From contig OZ220090.1 of NCBI GenBank assembly GCA_964291625.2, positions 128,001 to 192,000 of the forward strand: 64,000 bases of DNA, in the 5' to 3' direction. The translations under genes were made by a program, and so were the position numbers. Every line of letters begins with the position of its first letter. The stretch's first letter is position 1. The DNA comes from Candidatus Latescibacterota bacterium. GTDB lineage: Bacteria > Latescibacterota > UBA2968 > UBA8231. A model generated the notes under the pieces. The model was not told the DNA's origin and searched no databases. It saw nothing but the letters and a program-made list of their open reading frames with translations. Below are positions 38,456-47,415 of the stretch, piece by piece.

Positions 38456-39138
38456 CGTCCGTCGCGCAGCTCGAGGACGCGGTCGCAGCGCCGGGCCAGC
38501 CCCTCGTGGTGGGTGGCCAGCAGGAGGAGGGCGCCCTCCTGCCCGTGGAGCTCGAAGATCAGGTCGGCCACGGACCCGGCCGTGGTCCGGTCGAGGCTGC
38601 CCGTGGGCTCGTCGCACAGCAGCAGCCGCGGCCGCCGGACCAGGGCCCGGGCCACGGCCGCCCGTTGGCGCTCGCCGCCGGAGAGCTGTCCCGGCCGGTG
38701 TCCGAGGCGGTGGGAGAGGCCGACGCGCTCGATCAGCTCCCGGGCGCGCTCCTCGTCCTCCTCGCCGGGCTCTCCGAAGGCGAGGGTGGGGATCAGCACG
38801 TTCTCGAGCACGTCGAGCTGCGGCAGCAGGTGGTGCTCCTGGAAGACGAAGCCGACCGCGTCGTTGCGGAAGCGGGCCAGCTCCCTCTCGCCGAGGGCGA
38901 AGGGGTCGACACCATCGACTTCGAGGCCGCCGGCGCTCGGTTCGTCGAGGGTCCCGACCAGGTGCAGGAGGGTGCTCTTGCCCGACCCGGAGGGGCCGGT
39001 GACCGCCACCGAGGCGCCGGCCTCCACCGCCAGGTCGATCTCGACGAGGACGGGCACCTCGCCGTCGGCGCCCTCGAAGGACTTGCTCAGCCGGCGCAGG
39101 AGAAGGGCCGGCGGGCGGGGTTCCTCCGGGCCGGGCAC
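38440..39138 (-). CDS. ABC transporter ATP-binding protein (LolD/MacB-like)
   Basis: GPSGSGKST, LSGGERQR, LLCDEPTG, H-loop. Confidence 0.95.
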   Translation of the reverse strand: MPGPEEPRPPALLLRRLSKSFEGADGEVPVLVEIDLAVEAGASVAVTGPSGSGKSTLLHLVGTLDEPSAGGLEVDGVDPFALGERELARFRNDAVGFVFQEHHLLPQLDVLENVLIPTLAFGEPGEEDEERARELIERVGLSHRLGHRPGQLSGGERQRAAVARALVRRPRLLLCDEPTGSLDRTTAGSVADLIFELHGQEGALLLLATHHEGLARRCDRVLELRDGRCSEA

Positions 39139-39299
39139 CTAATGCCTGGGCGCGCCGGCCCGCGAACGAAGGGGGGCGCCGAGGCGCCCGGCTCGCAGGA
39201 CGCGCCGCGGAGACGGGCAGGGGACCCGCCGACAGGGCCCTGCGCCGCGCCCGGGGAGGCACCGGCCGACGAACTCACCCGGGACCGAGGGGGCAGGCA

Positions 39300-39722
39300 T
39301 CAGGAGGGCCTGTGCTCCCTGATCCGGGAGGTGAAGGCCTTGGGGATCGGAACCGCCTTGAAGGATCCGTCCTCCCCGCACAGACAGCAGACCGAGGCGA
39401 TCTCGCCGCGGGCCACGGGCCGGCCGCCGCGGGTGAACTCGACAGCATAGGTCACCACTTTCTCGCCCTTGCGCTTCACCGTGAGATGGACCTCGACCTC
39501 CTCCTCGAAACGCACCGGCTCGAGGAACTCGCACGACGCCGACAGCCGCGGCCAGCCGAGACGGCGGCCCTCCAGCTGCATGTGCACCGACAGGCCCAGG
39601 GAGCGCAGGAAGGCGTGCTCGGCCTGCTCCATGAAGACGTAGAACCGCGAGAAGTGGGCGATGCCGGCCGCGTCGGTGTCCTCGAACTCGATGCGGCGGG
39701 TGGTGCGGAACTCGGAGGCCAC
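39300..39722 (-). CDS. Acyl-CoA thioesterase (4HBT family)
   Basis: IEFEDTDAAGIAHF..F. Confidence 0.9.
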   Translation of the reverse strand: MASEFRTTRRIEFEDTDAAGIAHFSRFYVFMEQAEHAFLRSLGLSVHMQLEGRRLGWPRLSASCEFLEPVRFEEEVEVHLTVKRKGEKVVTYAVEFTRGGRPVARGEIASVCCLCGEDGSFKAVPIPKAFTSRIREHRPS

Positions 39723-39726
39723 GGGG

Positions 39727-40191
39727 TCAGGTGGGACGGAAGAGGGTGACCAGGCAGCCGCCCGCGGCGGCCATCAGGATGCCGAGGACGAAGGGCCAGT
39801 TGAGGGCGCCGCCGGCCGGCGGGTGCACGGCCATGGCCAGGACTGCGTTGACCACGGGCGCCCCGGCGAAGACGAGGGACATGACCACCGCGGGCGAGCC
39901 CTTGGCCCCGAAGGCCAGCAGGATGCCGAGGGCGCCCACGGCGCCCGCGATCCCGGCCAGGGTCGACCAGGTGACGCCAGCCGCGGGCATGCCCTGCAAC
40001 TGGGCGCCGTTGATCTTCAGCACGATCAGCGAGCCGAGGACGGCCACCACCAAGTAGGCGGCGCCGACGAAGAGGAAGGCCTGGAAGCGGCCGTTCACCG
40101 GATCGCCCATGGCGGTCACCCCGGTGTGGAGCAGAACGCCGTAGGTCCCCCAGAAGAGCACGGTCATCAGCGCGAAGAGCAGCCACGTCAT
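39727..40191 (-). CDS. Small multi-TM membrane protein (DMT/EamA-like)
   Basis: Five hydrophobic segments. VMSLVFAGAPVVN. Confidence 0.7.
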   Translation of the reverse strand: MTWLLFALMTVLFWGTYGVLLHTGVTAMGDPVNGRFQAFLFVGAAYLVVAVLGSLIVLKINGAQLQGMPAAGVTWSTLAGIAGAVGALGILLAFGAKGSPAVVMSLVFAGAPVVNAVLAMAVHPPAGGALNWPFVLGILMAAAGGCLVTLFRPT

Positions 40192-40210
40192 GGTGCGTTC
40201 CTCCCTCGGG

Positions 40211-41503
40211 TCACCCGGTCACGAAGCGTTCGTAGACCTCGCGGGTCCTCGCCGCCATCAGCTCGTCGCCGCGGCTCTCGTGCACGGCGGCCCGGCCCCG
40301 GCGCCCGAGCCGCAGGCGCCGCTCCTCGTCGTCGTAGAGCGTCTGCAGGCCCGCGGCCACCGCCTCCGGCTCGGCCGCGTCCACCAGCAGCCCGCCGCCG
40401 GTGCCCTCCACCAGTTCCGGGTAGGCCCCGTGCCGGGGCTGCACCACGGGGACGCCGTTGGCCAGCGCCTCGAGCACGTACAGCCCCTTGGGCTCGTGGT
40501 AGGGGGCCGGCACGGTCAGGGCGTGCAGGCCCCGAAGGAACTCGATCTTGCCGGCGCGGTCCACGCTGCCTCGGTACTCGAAGCCGAGGCCGTCGCGTTC
40601 CAGCCCGCCCTTCACCTCCTCGAAGTACTCCCGGTCCGCCGGCCCCAGCCAGCCGGCCGCCTCGAGTCGCACGGCCTCCGGCCCCAGGCGCTCGGCCAGC
40701 AGGCGCAGGGCCCCGGCGGCCACGTGCAGGCCCTTCTCCGGGCAGATGCGGGCCAGGAAGCCGATTCGGAACGGTCCGGGCTCCCGGGCTTCCTCCGGCG
40801 GCGGGCCGTGCCCCTCCAGCCGCAGGCCGAGGGGCACCACGTGGAAGCGGTCCCGCCGCACCTCCAGGTATCCGGCCATGAAGTCGGCGTACGCGGCGCT
40901 CGGCGACAGGAACCCGTCCACCTCGGCGGCGCGCCTTCGCAGCTCCTCCCGGGCCTGCGCCCGGTACGGCTCCACCAGCCGGTCGAGGAAGATCTCCTCC
41001 CCCTGAACGCCGCACAGGACCGGCCGGCCGAGGGCCCGCTTCAGGGGTCCCGCCAGGCCGGCGAGCATGCTGTTGGTGAGCTGCACCAGGTCGGGGCGCA
41101 GCTCCCTCGCCAGCCACCGGCACAGCTCCTCCAGCTGCCGGCGCTGGCGCCCCTCCTCGCCCCGCAGGACCGAGAGGGTGAGGGCCCCCAGGTCGCGGGC
41201 CTCGGTGGCGCCGCCGAAGCGGTCGGCGGCCCAGCGCAGCAGGCCCGGCCGGTCGAGGGGGCGCGTCACCCAGGAGGGCAGGCGCCGCACGAGGGCGGAC
41301 TTCTGCGCCAGGTAGACGCCGATGCCGCCGTAGAACACCCGCTCCAGGCTGACATCCTCCTCGTCGGTGCGCAGCGGCGTGTAGGTCGGGACGAGGGCGA
41401 CATCGACGCCGAGGCCGGTGAGGGCCGCCGCCAGGGTGTTGTCGTGGATGCAGCTGCCGCAGTACATGCCGCCGGCGCCGGCGGTGATGTAGGCGACGCG
41501 CAC
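40211..41503 (-). CDS. Glycosyltransferase family 4 protein
   Basis: N-terminal GAGGMYCGSCIHD, RICPEKG, EPKGLYVLEALANG. Confidence 0.9.
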   Translation of the reverse strand: MRVAYITAGAGGMYCGSCIHDNTLAAALTGLGVDVALVPTYTPLRTDEEDVSLERVFYGGIGVYLAQKSALVRRLPSWVTRPLDRPGLLRWAADRFGGATEARDLGALTLSVLRGEEGRQRRQLEELCRWLARELRPDLVQLTNSMLAGLAGPLKRALGRPVLCGVQGEEIFLDRLVEPYRAQAREELRRRAAEVDGFLSPSAAYADFMAGYLEVRRDRFHVVPLGLRLEGHGPPPEEAREPGPFRIGFLARICPEKGLHVAAGALRLLAERLGPEAVRLEAAGWLGPADREYFEEVKGGLERDGLGFEYRGSVDRAGKIEFLRGLHALTVPAPYHEPKGLYVLEALANGVPVVQPRHGAYPELVEGTGGGLLVDAAEPEAVAAGLQTLYDDEERRLRLGRRGRAAVHESRGDELMAARTREVYERFVTG

Positions 41504-41509
41504 CGCGGC

Positions 41510-42970
41510 TCAGGCCCGGGGGAAGAAGCGGTCGACGACGGCCCGGTCCGGCGGCCTCGTGGCTAGCGACACGAGGATCATGGCCGCCGCCGAGACCGCG
41601 AGGATCACGGCCACGGGCATGACGCCGCCGGCCAGGGCATGGTCCGGGCTCTGCCAGCCGCGGACGAAGAACCAGGTCCACAGCACCACGACGCTGGCGA
41701 TGGAGGCGAAGGCCCCCCAGCGGGTGCTGCGCCGCCAGAACACGGCCGCCGCCACCACCGGGAAGAGGGAGGCGAAGCCGGTGAAGGACCAGACCCCGAG
41801 CTGGAAGATCGAGCGGTTCGAGACCTGGGCCAGGACGTAGGCGACGATGAGGACGAGTGCCACGAAGAGGCGGCCGTAGAGGACCTGCTGGCGCTCGGAC
41901 ATGCGGTCGTGGAAGCCGTAGTGGCGGACCACGTCCTGGGTGAACATGGTGCCCACCGACAGGGACTGGGAGTCGAGGGAGGACATGACGGCGGCGAAGA
42001 CCCCGGCCGCAAGCAGGCCGGCCATCACCTCCGGGGCGTGGAGATCTATCAGGCGCACGAGGATCGAGTTGGCTGCCGGGCCTTGGAGGGCCGGGAAGTC
42101 GAGGCGGCCGGCGACGCCGAGGACGACGCTGGGCACCCACACGGCGGCGATGCACAGCGGGTAGAGGACCAGGGGGGTGCGGAAGGTGCCGGCGCTGCGC
42201 GCCGTGAGCCAGTGCATGAACATGTGCGGGAACATGCCCACAGACAGGGGGATGCAGGTGTAGGTGAGCAGCTTCAGGGGCTTGATGTGGTCGCCGCGCA
42301 CCAGCAGGTCGGGATGGGACTCGCCCAGGGCCGTCATCACCGCCCGCAGCCCCCCCAGCTGGCTGATGATGACGTAGAAGGCGACTCCGCCGAGGATGGT
42401 GAAGACCAGGGTCTGGAAGGCGTTGGCCCAGGCGGTGCCGCGCAGGCCGCCGTAGCAGACGTAGGTCATGACCACGGCGCAGACCAGCAGGCCGCCGGCC
42501 CACTCGGGCACCTGGCCGCCGGTGATCTGCTGCAGCGTCAGGCCGCCGGCCATGATGCCGATCAGCAGGTAGGGCACCAGCAGGGCCACGAGAACGACGA
42601 AGAGCGCCAGGCCGAGACCGTCCGACTGCCAGCGCTGGCGGAAGAACTGGGCCTGGGTCAGGAAGCCGTGGCGCTTGCCGAGGGCCCAGACGCGGGTGCC
42701 GACGAAGAAGAACACGCACGGGATGACCAGGGCCGAGGAGGAAGCCATGAGGGAGAACACGCCGATGCCCTCGTGGTAGGCCTCGCCCGAGGCCCCGAGG
42801 ATGGCGAAGGCCGTCATGTTGGTCCCGAAGAGGGACATGAGCAGCAGGAAGGGGCCGATGGAGCGGCTGGCCACGAAGTAGTCCTCGCCCGTGCCCCGGA
42901 AGAGCCGGTGGCTCAGGGAGCCGACGAGGATCACCAGGCCGAGGTAGACGGCGATGACGGCGAGGGTCAT
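41510..42970 (-). CDS. Sodium:solute symporter family protein
   Basis: EDYFVASRS, GGLRGTAW, AAVMSSLDSQ, many TMs. Confidence 0.92.
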   Translation of the reverse strand: MTLAVIAVYLGLVILVGSLSHRLFRGTGEDYFVASRSIGPFLLLMSLFGTNMTAFAILGASGEAYHEGIGVFSLMASSSALVIPCVFFFVGTRVWALGKRHGFLTQAQFFRQRWQSDGLGLALFVVLVALLVPYLLIGIMAGGLTLQQITGGQVPEWAGGLLVCAVVMTYVCYGGLRGTAWANAFQTLVFTILGGVAFYVIISQLGGLRAVMTALGESHPDLLVRGDHIKPLKLLTYTCIPLSVGMFPHMFMHWLTARSAGTFRTPLVLYPLCIAAVWVPSVVLGVAGRLDFPALQGPAANSILVRLIDLHAPEVMAGLLAAGVFAAVMSSLDSQSLSVGTMFTQDVVRHYGFHDRMSERQQVLYGRLFVALVLIVAYVLAQVSNRSIFQLGVWSFTGFASLFPVVAAAVFWRRSTRWGAFASIASVVVLWTWFFVRGWQSPDHALAGGVMPVAVILAVSAAAMILVSLATRPPDRAVVDRFFPRA

Positions 42971-43194
42971 GGCCGCTCCTCCCCCTGCCGGTCGAGGTGC
43001 GCCGGCCAGGCGTGGGTCACCAGCAGGTAGAGCATCCCCGCGGCGGCGGCGCAGAAGGCGACATGGTAGACCAGCCCCGCCGGCAGCCCCGCCACCAGGC
43101 GGCCATCGTCCCACAGCCACAGGTCGTTGTGCAGCAGGTAGAGGATCCCCAGCAGGACGTAGACCATCCCGCGGGCGCGGGTCATACTAGGCAT
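42967..43194 (-). CDS. DUF3311-like small membrane protein (SSS partner)
   Basis: LLHNDLWLWDDGRLVAGLPAGLVYH. Stop overlaps the SSS start. Start could be 43185. Confidence 0.8.
   Translation of the reverse strand: MPSMTRARGMVYVLLGILYLLHNDLWLWDDGRLVAGLPAGLVYHVAFCAAAAGMLYLLVTHAWPAHLDRQGEERP
43106..43150. repeat. Left copy of 45-bp identical direct repeat flanking the island
   Basis: tcgtcccacagccacaggtcgttgtgcagcaggtagaggatcccc, identical to 50613-50657. Confidence 0.9.
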
Positions 43195-43387
43195 GCGCTC
43201 TCCCCGGTTTCGCTGGCGGGCGGCAGAATCCGCCGGAAGCTCCTCCATCGAAGGTCGTTCACTCTCACCCCCGGCGCCAACGACACGCCCCGCCGGTCTC
43301 GATGGGAGCCAGGGTCAATAGTAGATCGTAGCGCCGAGCCCTCCGAGTACCGCGGAGTGGGCCGAGGGGGCTTGAAGTCAGAAGAAT

Positions 43388-43423
43388 CGGGCAGAAAAAC
43401 CCGGAAGCGGGCGGATCTGCCCG
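43388..43423 (+). promoter_or_regulatory. Tandem palindromic candidate enhancer (UAS) sites for a sigma54 activator
   Basis: CGGGCAGAAAAACCCG (43388-43403) and CGGGCGGATCTGCCCG (43408-43423), 20-bp period, about 70-100 bp upstream of the -24 box. Confidence 0.65.
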
Positions 43424-43489
43424 GAACAGGGTACCTGTTCAGCAGTCACTATGACCGCCATTCGGTGGGAATCCCTCCGCCGAGGTATC

Positions 43490-43505
43490 TGGCACGGGAC
43501 TCGCT
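43490..43505 (+). promoter_or_regulatory. sigma54 (-24/-12) promoter
   Basis: TGGCACGGGACTCGCT versus consensus TGGCACG-N4-TTGC(A/T), with exact GG-N10-GC spacing. About 60 bp before the helicase ATG, with RBS AAGGAG. Confidence 0.8.
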
Positions 43506-43565
43506 TGTCTGTCGGCCGTGCCGCCATTGGGCGGCTCAGGCAACCAACGACAAGGAGAAAGGACC

Positions 43566-46178
43566 ATGAGGAGGATGGCGCCGCTACACTATCTGAACTT
43601 GGGAGTCCCCAGCCCCGATGACCTCAGGCGTCGAGCGGTCGGGGAGCTCAGGATGTTCCACGAATTCCTCAAGCGGACACGCGACTACCTGACGAGTGAG
43701 GGTGGGAAGCGGGTCACTTGGTGCCGTGGTGACTCGCCGGCCAACGGCAACGGCGATGGGCCAGCTGAGACCGATGGAGAATGGATCCAGTTGACCGAGC
43801 CGCCGGGCCGGCGCAATGAGCCGGAGGCCACTCTTCGGGCATTCCTCGACGAGAACGTGAATGAGGTCTACGAGGCCGAGCCATCCGCCGAACGCCGGGA
43901 ACCGGGTGGGCGTCCTGGCGACTGGCCCTTCAATCGACAGCACAAGATCGACGTGATCGACCGGGACCCCGAGAAGCACCAATTGCTGCTTGAGCGAGTT
44001 CCGGATCTGCCCGAGCTCCTGCTCCAGCCCAACACCTGGCAAATCAAGTGCCAGATCCACGCGCTGCGGGCGCTTCAGTATTCGCCTGCGCCCGCTCACC
44101 GCCCTTTGTTGCGTCTCTTCGAACGTCTCGACCCGGCTCACTGGCCGCTCTTCGAACCGGAGCCCATCGGGGAACCGGACTGGATGGTGCTGACAGACCA
44201 GGACCCCCCCGGGACCGACGAACAACGTCGATTCGTCCAGCGGGCCCTCGGGACGCCGGACTTCGCCTTTCTCGAAGGACCGCCCGGCTCGGGAAAGACC
44301 ACGGCGATCTGCGAGCTGGTGCTCCAACTCGCGAAACGCGGGAAGCGGGTGCTGCTCTGCGCCTCGACGCATGTCGCGGTCGACAATGTGCTCGAGCGTC
44401 TGATGGAAGAGAAAGAGTCCAACTGCCACCGCGATCTGGTGATCCCGGTCCGCATCGGAGACCGCCGGAAGGTCTCCGAGAAGGCGCTCCCGTGGCAGCT
44501 CGAGTGCTTCGTCCGAACCGAGAGGGCGCGTCTGCTCAGGGAGCTCGGGAAGCTTGGGCGACTTGGCTCTCTCACGCCGTCGCAGGAAGCACTGCTGGAC
44601 GCGCTGCGCCCGGACACCTCGGCCATCGAGCGCTTGGTTCTTGATGCCGCAAACCTCGTTTGCGGGACCACCATCGGGATCCTCCAGCATCCGGACATCA
44701 AGTCGGGCGGCCACGCCAGCCCCGACTTCGACGTGCTCATCGTCGATGAAGCCTCCAAGACGTCGTTCCAGGAGTTCCTGGTCCCCGCGTTGCTGGCCAA
44801 GCGGTGGGTCCTCGTCGGCGACCCGAAGCAACTCTCTCCGTACGTCGATGATGAGGAGATGGCGGTGAACATCGAGGCGTGCCTTCCGGATGCGGCGACC
44901 CGGAACGCCTGCATTGACGCCTTCATGGCCGGGCATCACGATCGCCGGAAACGACGCACCGCAGTCGTCGTCGCAGAGGACGAACGAACCCGCCAAGTGT
45001 ACCTCGAGCAGTGCGCTGCCCAGGGCGTAGAGCTCGCCGAAGCGGACCACGATGACGACGTACTCACGGACGCGGGCGTCGTTATCGGAACAGTCACCGC
45101 GCTGGAGCGGAGGGCGGATGAGCTGCCGCTCGACCAGGCGACGGTTCGTTGCCCGGAGAACACGCTGCATGTCGTGCATCGGCGGAATCGCCTTGCCGGA
45201 CGGCACCGCGAAGAACTGCCGGCGTGGGCGTCGGAAGTAGGTTGGCGCCTCGCGAGGTCATACGAGCAGCGTTTCGCAGAGAAACCGGACAATTCGATCG
45301 GCAACCGGCGAACCACCGCGGAACGCCTGGTCCAGGACGTGGAGAAGCTGCTCCCTGTATCTGAAACTGGGACAGATTCCGAACTCGTACGTCAAGAGAT
45401 CGATCGTGTCCGCCGCGTCGCCCTTCCGTCCGTTCTCGAATCGCTGCGTCACGGGTTTGAGCGAACTCCGCGTCAACGGACCGGCTCCGCACTCTCGGAT
45501 GGCCTTCCGTCGTCCGTGCGCGATCCTCGGCACGTCCTTCTGAGCTGGCAGCACCGCATGCATCCCGAGATCGCGGCGTTCTCCCATGAACACGTCTACG
45601 ACCGAGAGGCGCTCGAGACTCCGGAATCCATGGAGGGCGAGCGCAGGTGGAGCTACCCGCGCTACGCTCACCATGCCGTCTGGCGCGACGCTCCTGGCCG
45701 CTTCGACGGGCGCCTCAACTGCAACAAGGACGAAGCCCGATCGGTTGTGTGCGAGCTGCGTCACTTCGATGAGTGGGCGCGCGTGAACCCGCCGCCGAAC
45801 GGCTACCTGTGGGAGGCCGCGGTCCTGACGTTCTACCGGGGACAGGAGCGGGAGACACGTCGCTGTCTCCAAGAATGGACCGGACAGAGAGACTTCAAGC
45901 GAGGGCAGAAGGAGCGGCCATACCTCCACATCAAGCTGTGCACCATCGACCGTTTCCAGGGGCACGAGGCCGACATCGTGCTGATCAGCATCGCCCGGCC
46001 CCACGCAACGAGCTTCTTGGAGAGCCCGAATCGCCTGAACGTCGCCCTGACGAGAGCGCGCTACCAGCGCGTCGTCATCGGCAACCGGCAGGGGATGCTC
46101 CAGGCCCGGGGAACCTTGCTGGAAACGTTGGCCAAGAGTGAGCCGTGGGATACGGACATCCACAGGAGGCAGCAATGA
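43566..46178 (+). CDS. Upf1/DNA2-like superfamily 1 helicase (AAA_11/AAA_12)
   Basis: GPPGSGKTT, ASTHVAVDNV, VDEAS, VGDPKQL, QHRMHPEI, TIDRFQGHEAD, NRLNVALTRAR. Confidence 0.92.
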   Translation: MRRMAPLHYLNLGVPSPDDLRRRAVGELRMFHEFLKRTRDYLTSEGGKRVTWCRGDSPANGNGDGPAETDGEWIQLTEPPGRRNEPEATLRAFLDENVNEVYEAEPSAERREPGGRPGDWPFNRQHKIDVIDRDPEKHQLLLERVPDLPELLLQPNTWQIKCQIHALRALQYSPAPAHRPLLRLFERLDPAHWPLFEPEPIGEPDWMVLTDQDPPGTDEQRRFVQRALGTPDFAFLEGPPGSGKTTAICELVLQLAKRGKRVLLCASTHVAVDNVLERLMEEKESNCHRDLVIPVRIGDRRKVSEKALPWQLECFVRTERARLLRELGKLGRLGSLTPSQEALLDALRPDTSAIERLVLDAANLVCGTTIGILQHPDIKSGGHASPDFDVLIVDEASKTSFQEFLVPALLAKRWVLVGDPKQLSPYVDDEEMAVNIEACLPDAATRNACIDAFMAGHHDRRKRRTAVVVAEDERTRQVYLEQCAAQGVELAEADHDDDVLTDAGVVIGTVTALERRADELPLDQATVRCPENTLHVVHRRNRLAGRHREELPAWASEVGWRLARSYEQRFAEKPDNSIGNRRTTAERLVQDVEKLLPVSETGTDSELVRQEIDRVRRVALPSVLESLRHGFERTPRQRTGSALSDGLPSSVRDPRHVLLSWQHRMHPEIAAFSHEHVYDREALETPESMEGERRWSYPRYAHHAVWRDAPGRFDGRLNCNKDEARSVVCELRHFDEWARVNPPPNGYLWEAAVLTFYRGQERETRRCLQEWTGQRDFKRGQKERPYLHIKLCTIDRFQGHEADIVLISIARPHATSFLESPNRLNVALTRARYQRVVIGNRQGMLQARGTLLETLAKSEPWDTDIHRRQQ

Positions 46179-47404
46179 ACAGCAACATCATTCTGGAACG
46201 ATCCGTGCCGGTCAAGTGCTGGCATGTCCTCGGTAAGATCGCCAAGGCCAGGGAGCGGCCCGAGCTCATGCCCGTCCTCCTCCGGGCGCGCGAAACCGGC
46301 GGGTCGCAGGCGTGCGACTTGGCAAGGCACTTGCTCTTTGAGCCCCGGGCACGACGTGTTGTCGGGGAGCGGCTCCTGCACATCGCACACGCCTATGGTC
46401 TCGTCAAGAAGAAGGAGCCGGAGCAAGGAGCGTCGAGCATCCGGGCGAGCGGCGTTCCCCTCCTCTCCTTCAGCATCCCTCGGATAGACCCTTGGAAGGA
46501 GCCCAGCGCGTCCGAGGGGATCCGTGGGGAGGAGGAGCGTGATGGCGTCTTCGCTCTCACCGAGGACGGGGAGACGGCCATCGACACCGGGGAGGTGCTG
46601 GTGCCCGAGTACGGAACCTGGAGCATCTGGGAGAGTGAGGATGCCCTTCTCCCCTCTCGGATCCTTCGGATCGCCCCGTGGGAGGAGCCCAGCGCGTACA
46701 ACGAGGTTCGCGGTAAGGAACAGGAAAGGGCACGGCGGCCGGTGCCTCTGCCGGACTGGCTTCGCAAGGTCGCCGGAAAACCCTTTAAGCCTGCTGCCGG
46801 GGATGCCGCGGTAGTCCGTATCGATGAACTCAAGGAAAGAGCAGAGGTCGTCGATGGATCTCTCCGGCTGAGTTGGAACGTCGGCGACGGAAGATTGCAG
46901 CTCACCGGAACTCTGGAAGGGCAGCCGGTGTCATCCGATCTGGAAGCGCCGTCCATGTCGCGAGATCAGATCTGGTCTCACCTCCTTGAAGGGGAAGATC
47001 TCCTATGGCGGTGGGACATTGATGGCAGCAAACTCCGTGTCAGCTTCGAGGAGACCAACGACACCGAACGCGAGGCCATGTCCAGGGATTTTGAGTTCGA
47101 TTCCCCCACCATTCCCGGTTACGGGAAGTTCGATTCCGTCACCGTTCCCGGGGTTTCGACCATGGCCGAATCGGAGGCCGACGCGCAATCGTGGGCGGAG
47201 TGGCGCCTGCAAGCACGGATCCGCGACTACGCCACGTCCGAGCGCTATGCGACTTGGCGCAAAGAGGCGGCTGATCCCTTCGACCAGTACGAGGTGGAAC
47301 TCCCAACCCGAACGGAACTTCACAACGAGTTCTGGAACCGGACGACCAACGTTCCCGAGTTGCGAGCTTGGCGCCTCGCTGCCGCCGAAGATTGGAGATT
47401 GTAG
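46175..47404 (+). CDS. Hypothetical protein, N-terminal winged-helix-like region
   Basis: ATGA-coupled to the helicase. DLARHLL...LLHIAHAYGLV...FALTEDG pattern. Confidence 0.75.
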   Translation: MNSNIILERSVPVKCWHVLGKIAKARERPELMPVLLRARETGGSQACDLARHLLFEPRARRVVGERLLHIAHAYGLVKKKEPEQGASSIRASGVPLLSFSIPRIDPWKEPSASEGIRGEEERDGVFALTEDGETAIDTGEVLVPEYGTWSIWESEDALLPSRILRIAPWEEPSAYNEVRGKEQERARRPVPLPDWLRKVAGKPFKPAAGDAAVVRIDELKERAEVVDGSLRLSWNVGDGRLQLTGTLEGQPVSSDLEAPSMSRDQIWSHLLEGEDLLWRWDIDGSKLRVSFEETNDTEREAMSRDFEFDSPTIPGYGKFDSVTVPGVSTMAESEADAQSWAEWRLQARIRDYATSERYATWRKEAADPFDQYEVELPTRTELHNEFWNRTTNVPELRAWRLAAAEDWRL

Positions 47405-47415
47405 TGGAGATCCCC

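Noticed and set aside
34757-39142. Very long alternative-frame and antisense ORFs (e.g. 34757-39142 +, 9278-12478 +, 23354-26446 +, 7065-9875 -, 4-582 +, 745-1524 +)
   Set aside because: Shadow ORFs typical of very high GC DNA. They have no motifs and overlap well-supported genes.
39139-39299. Possible third gene-start duplication array upstream of the ABC ATPase (also 12300-12475 upstream of ggt)
   Set aside because: Only vague GC-rich similarity by eye; it needs a dot-plot.
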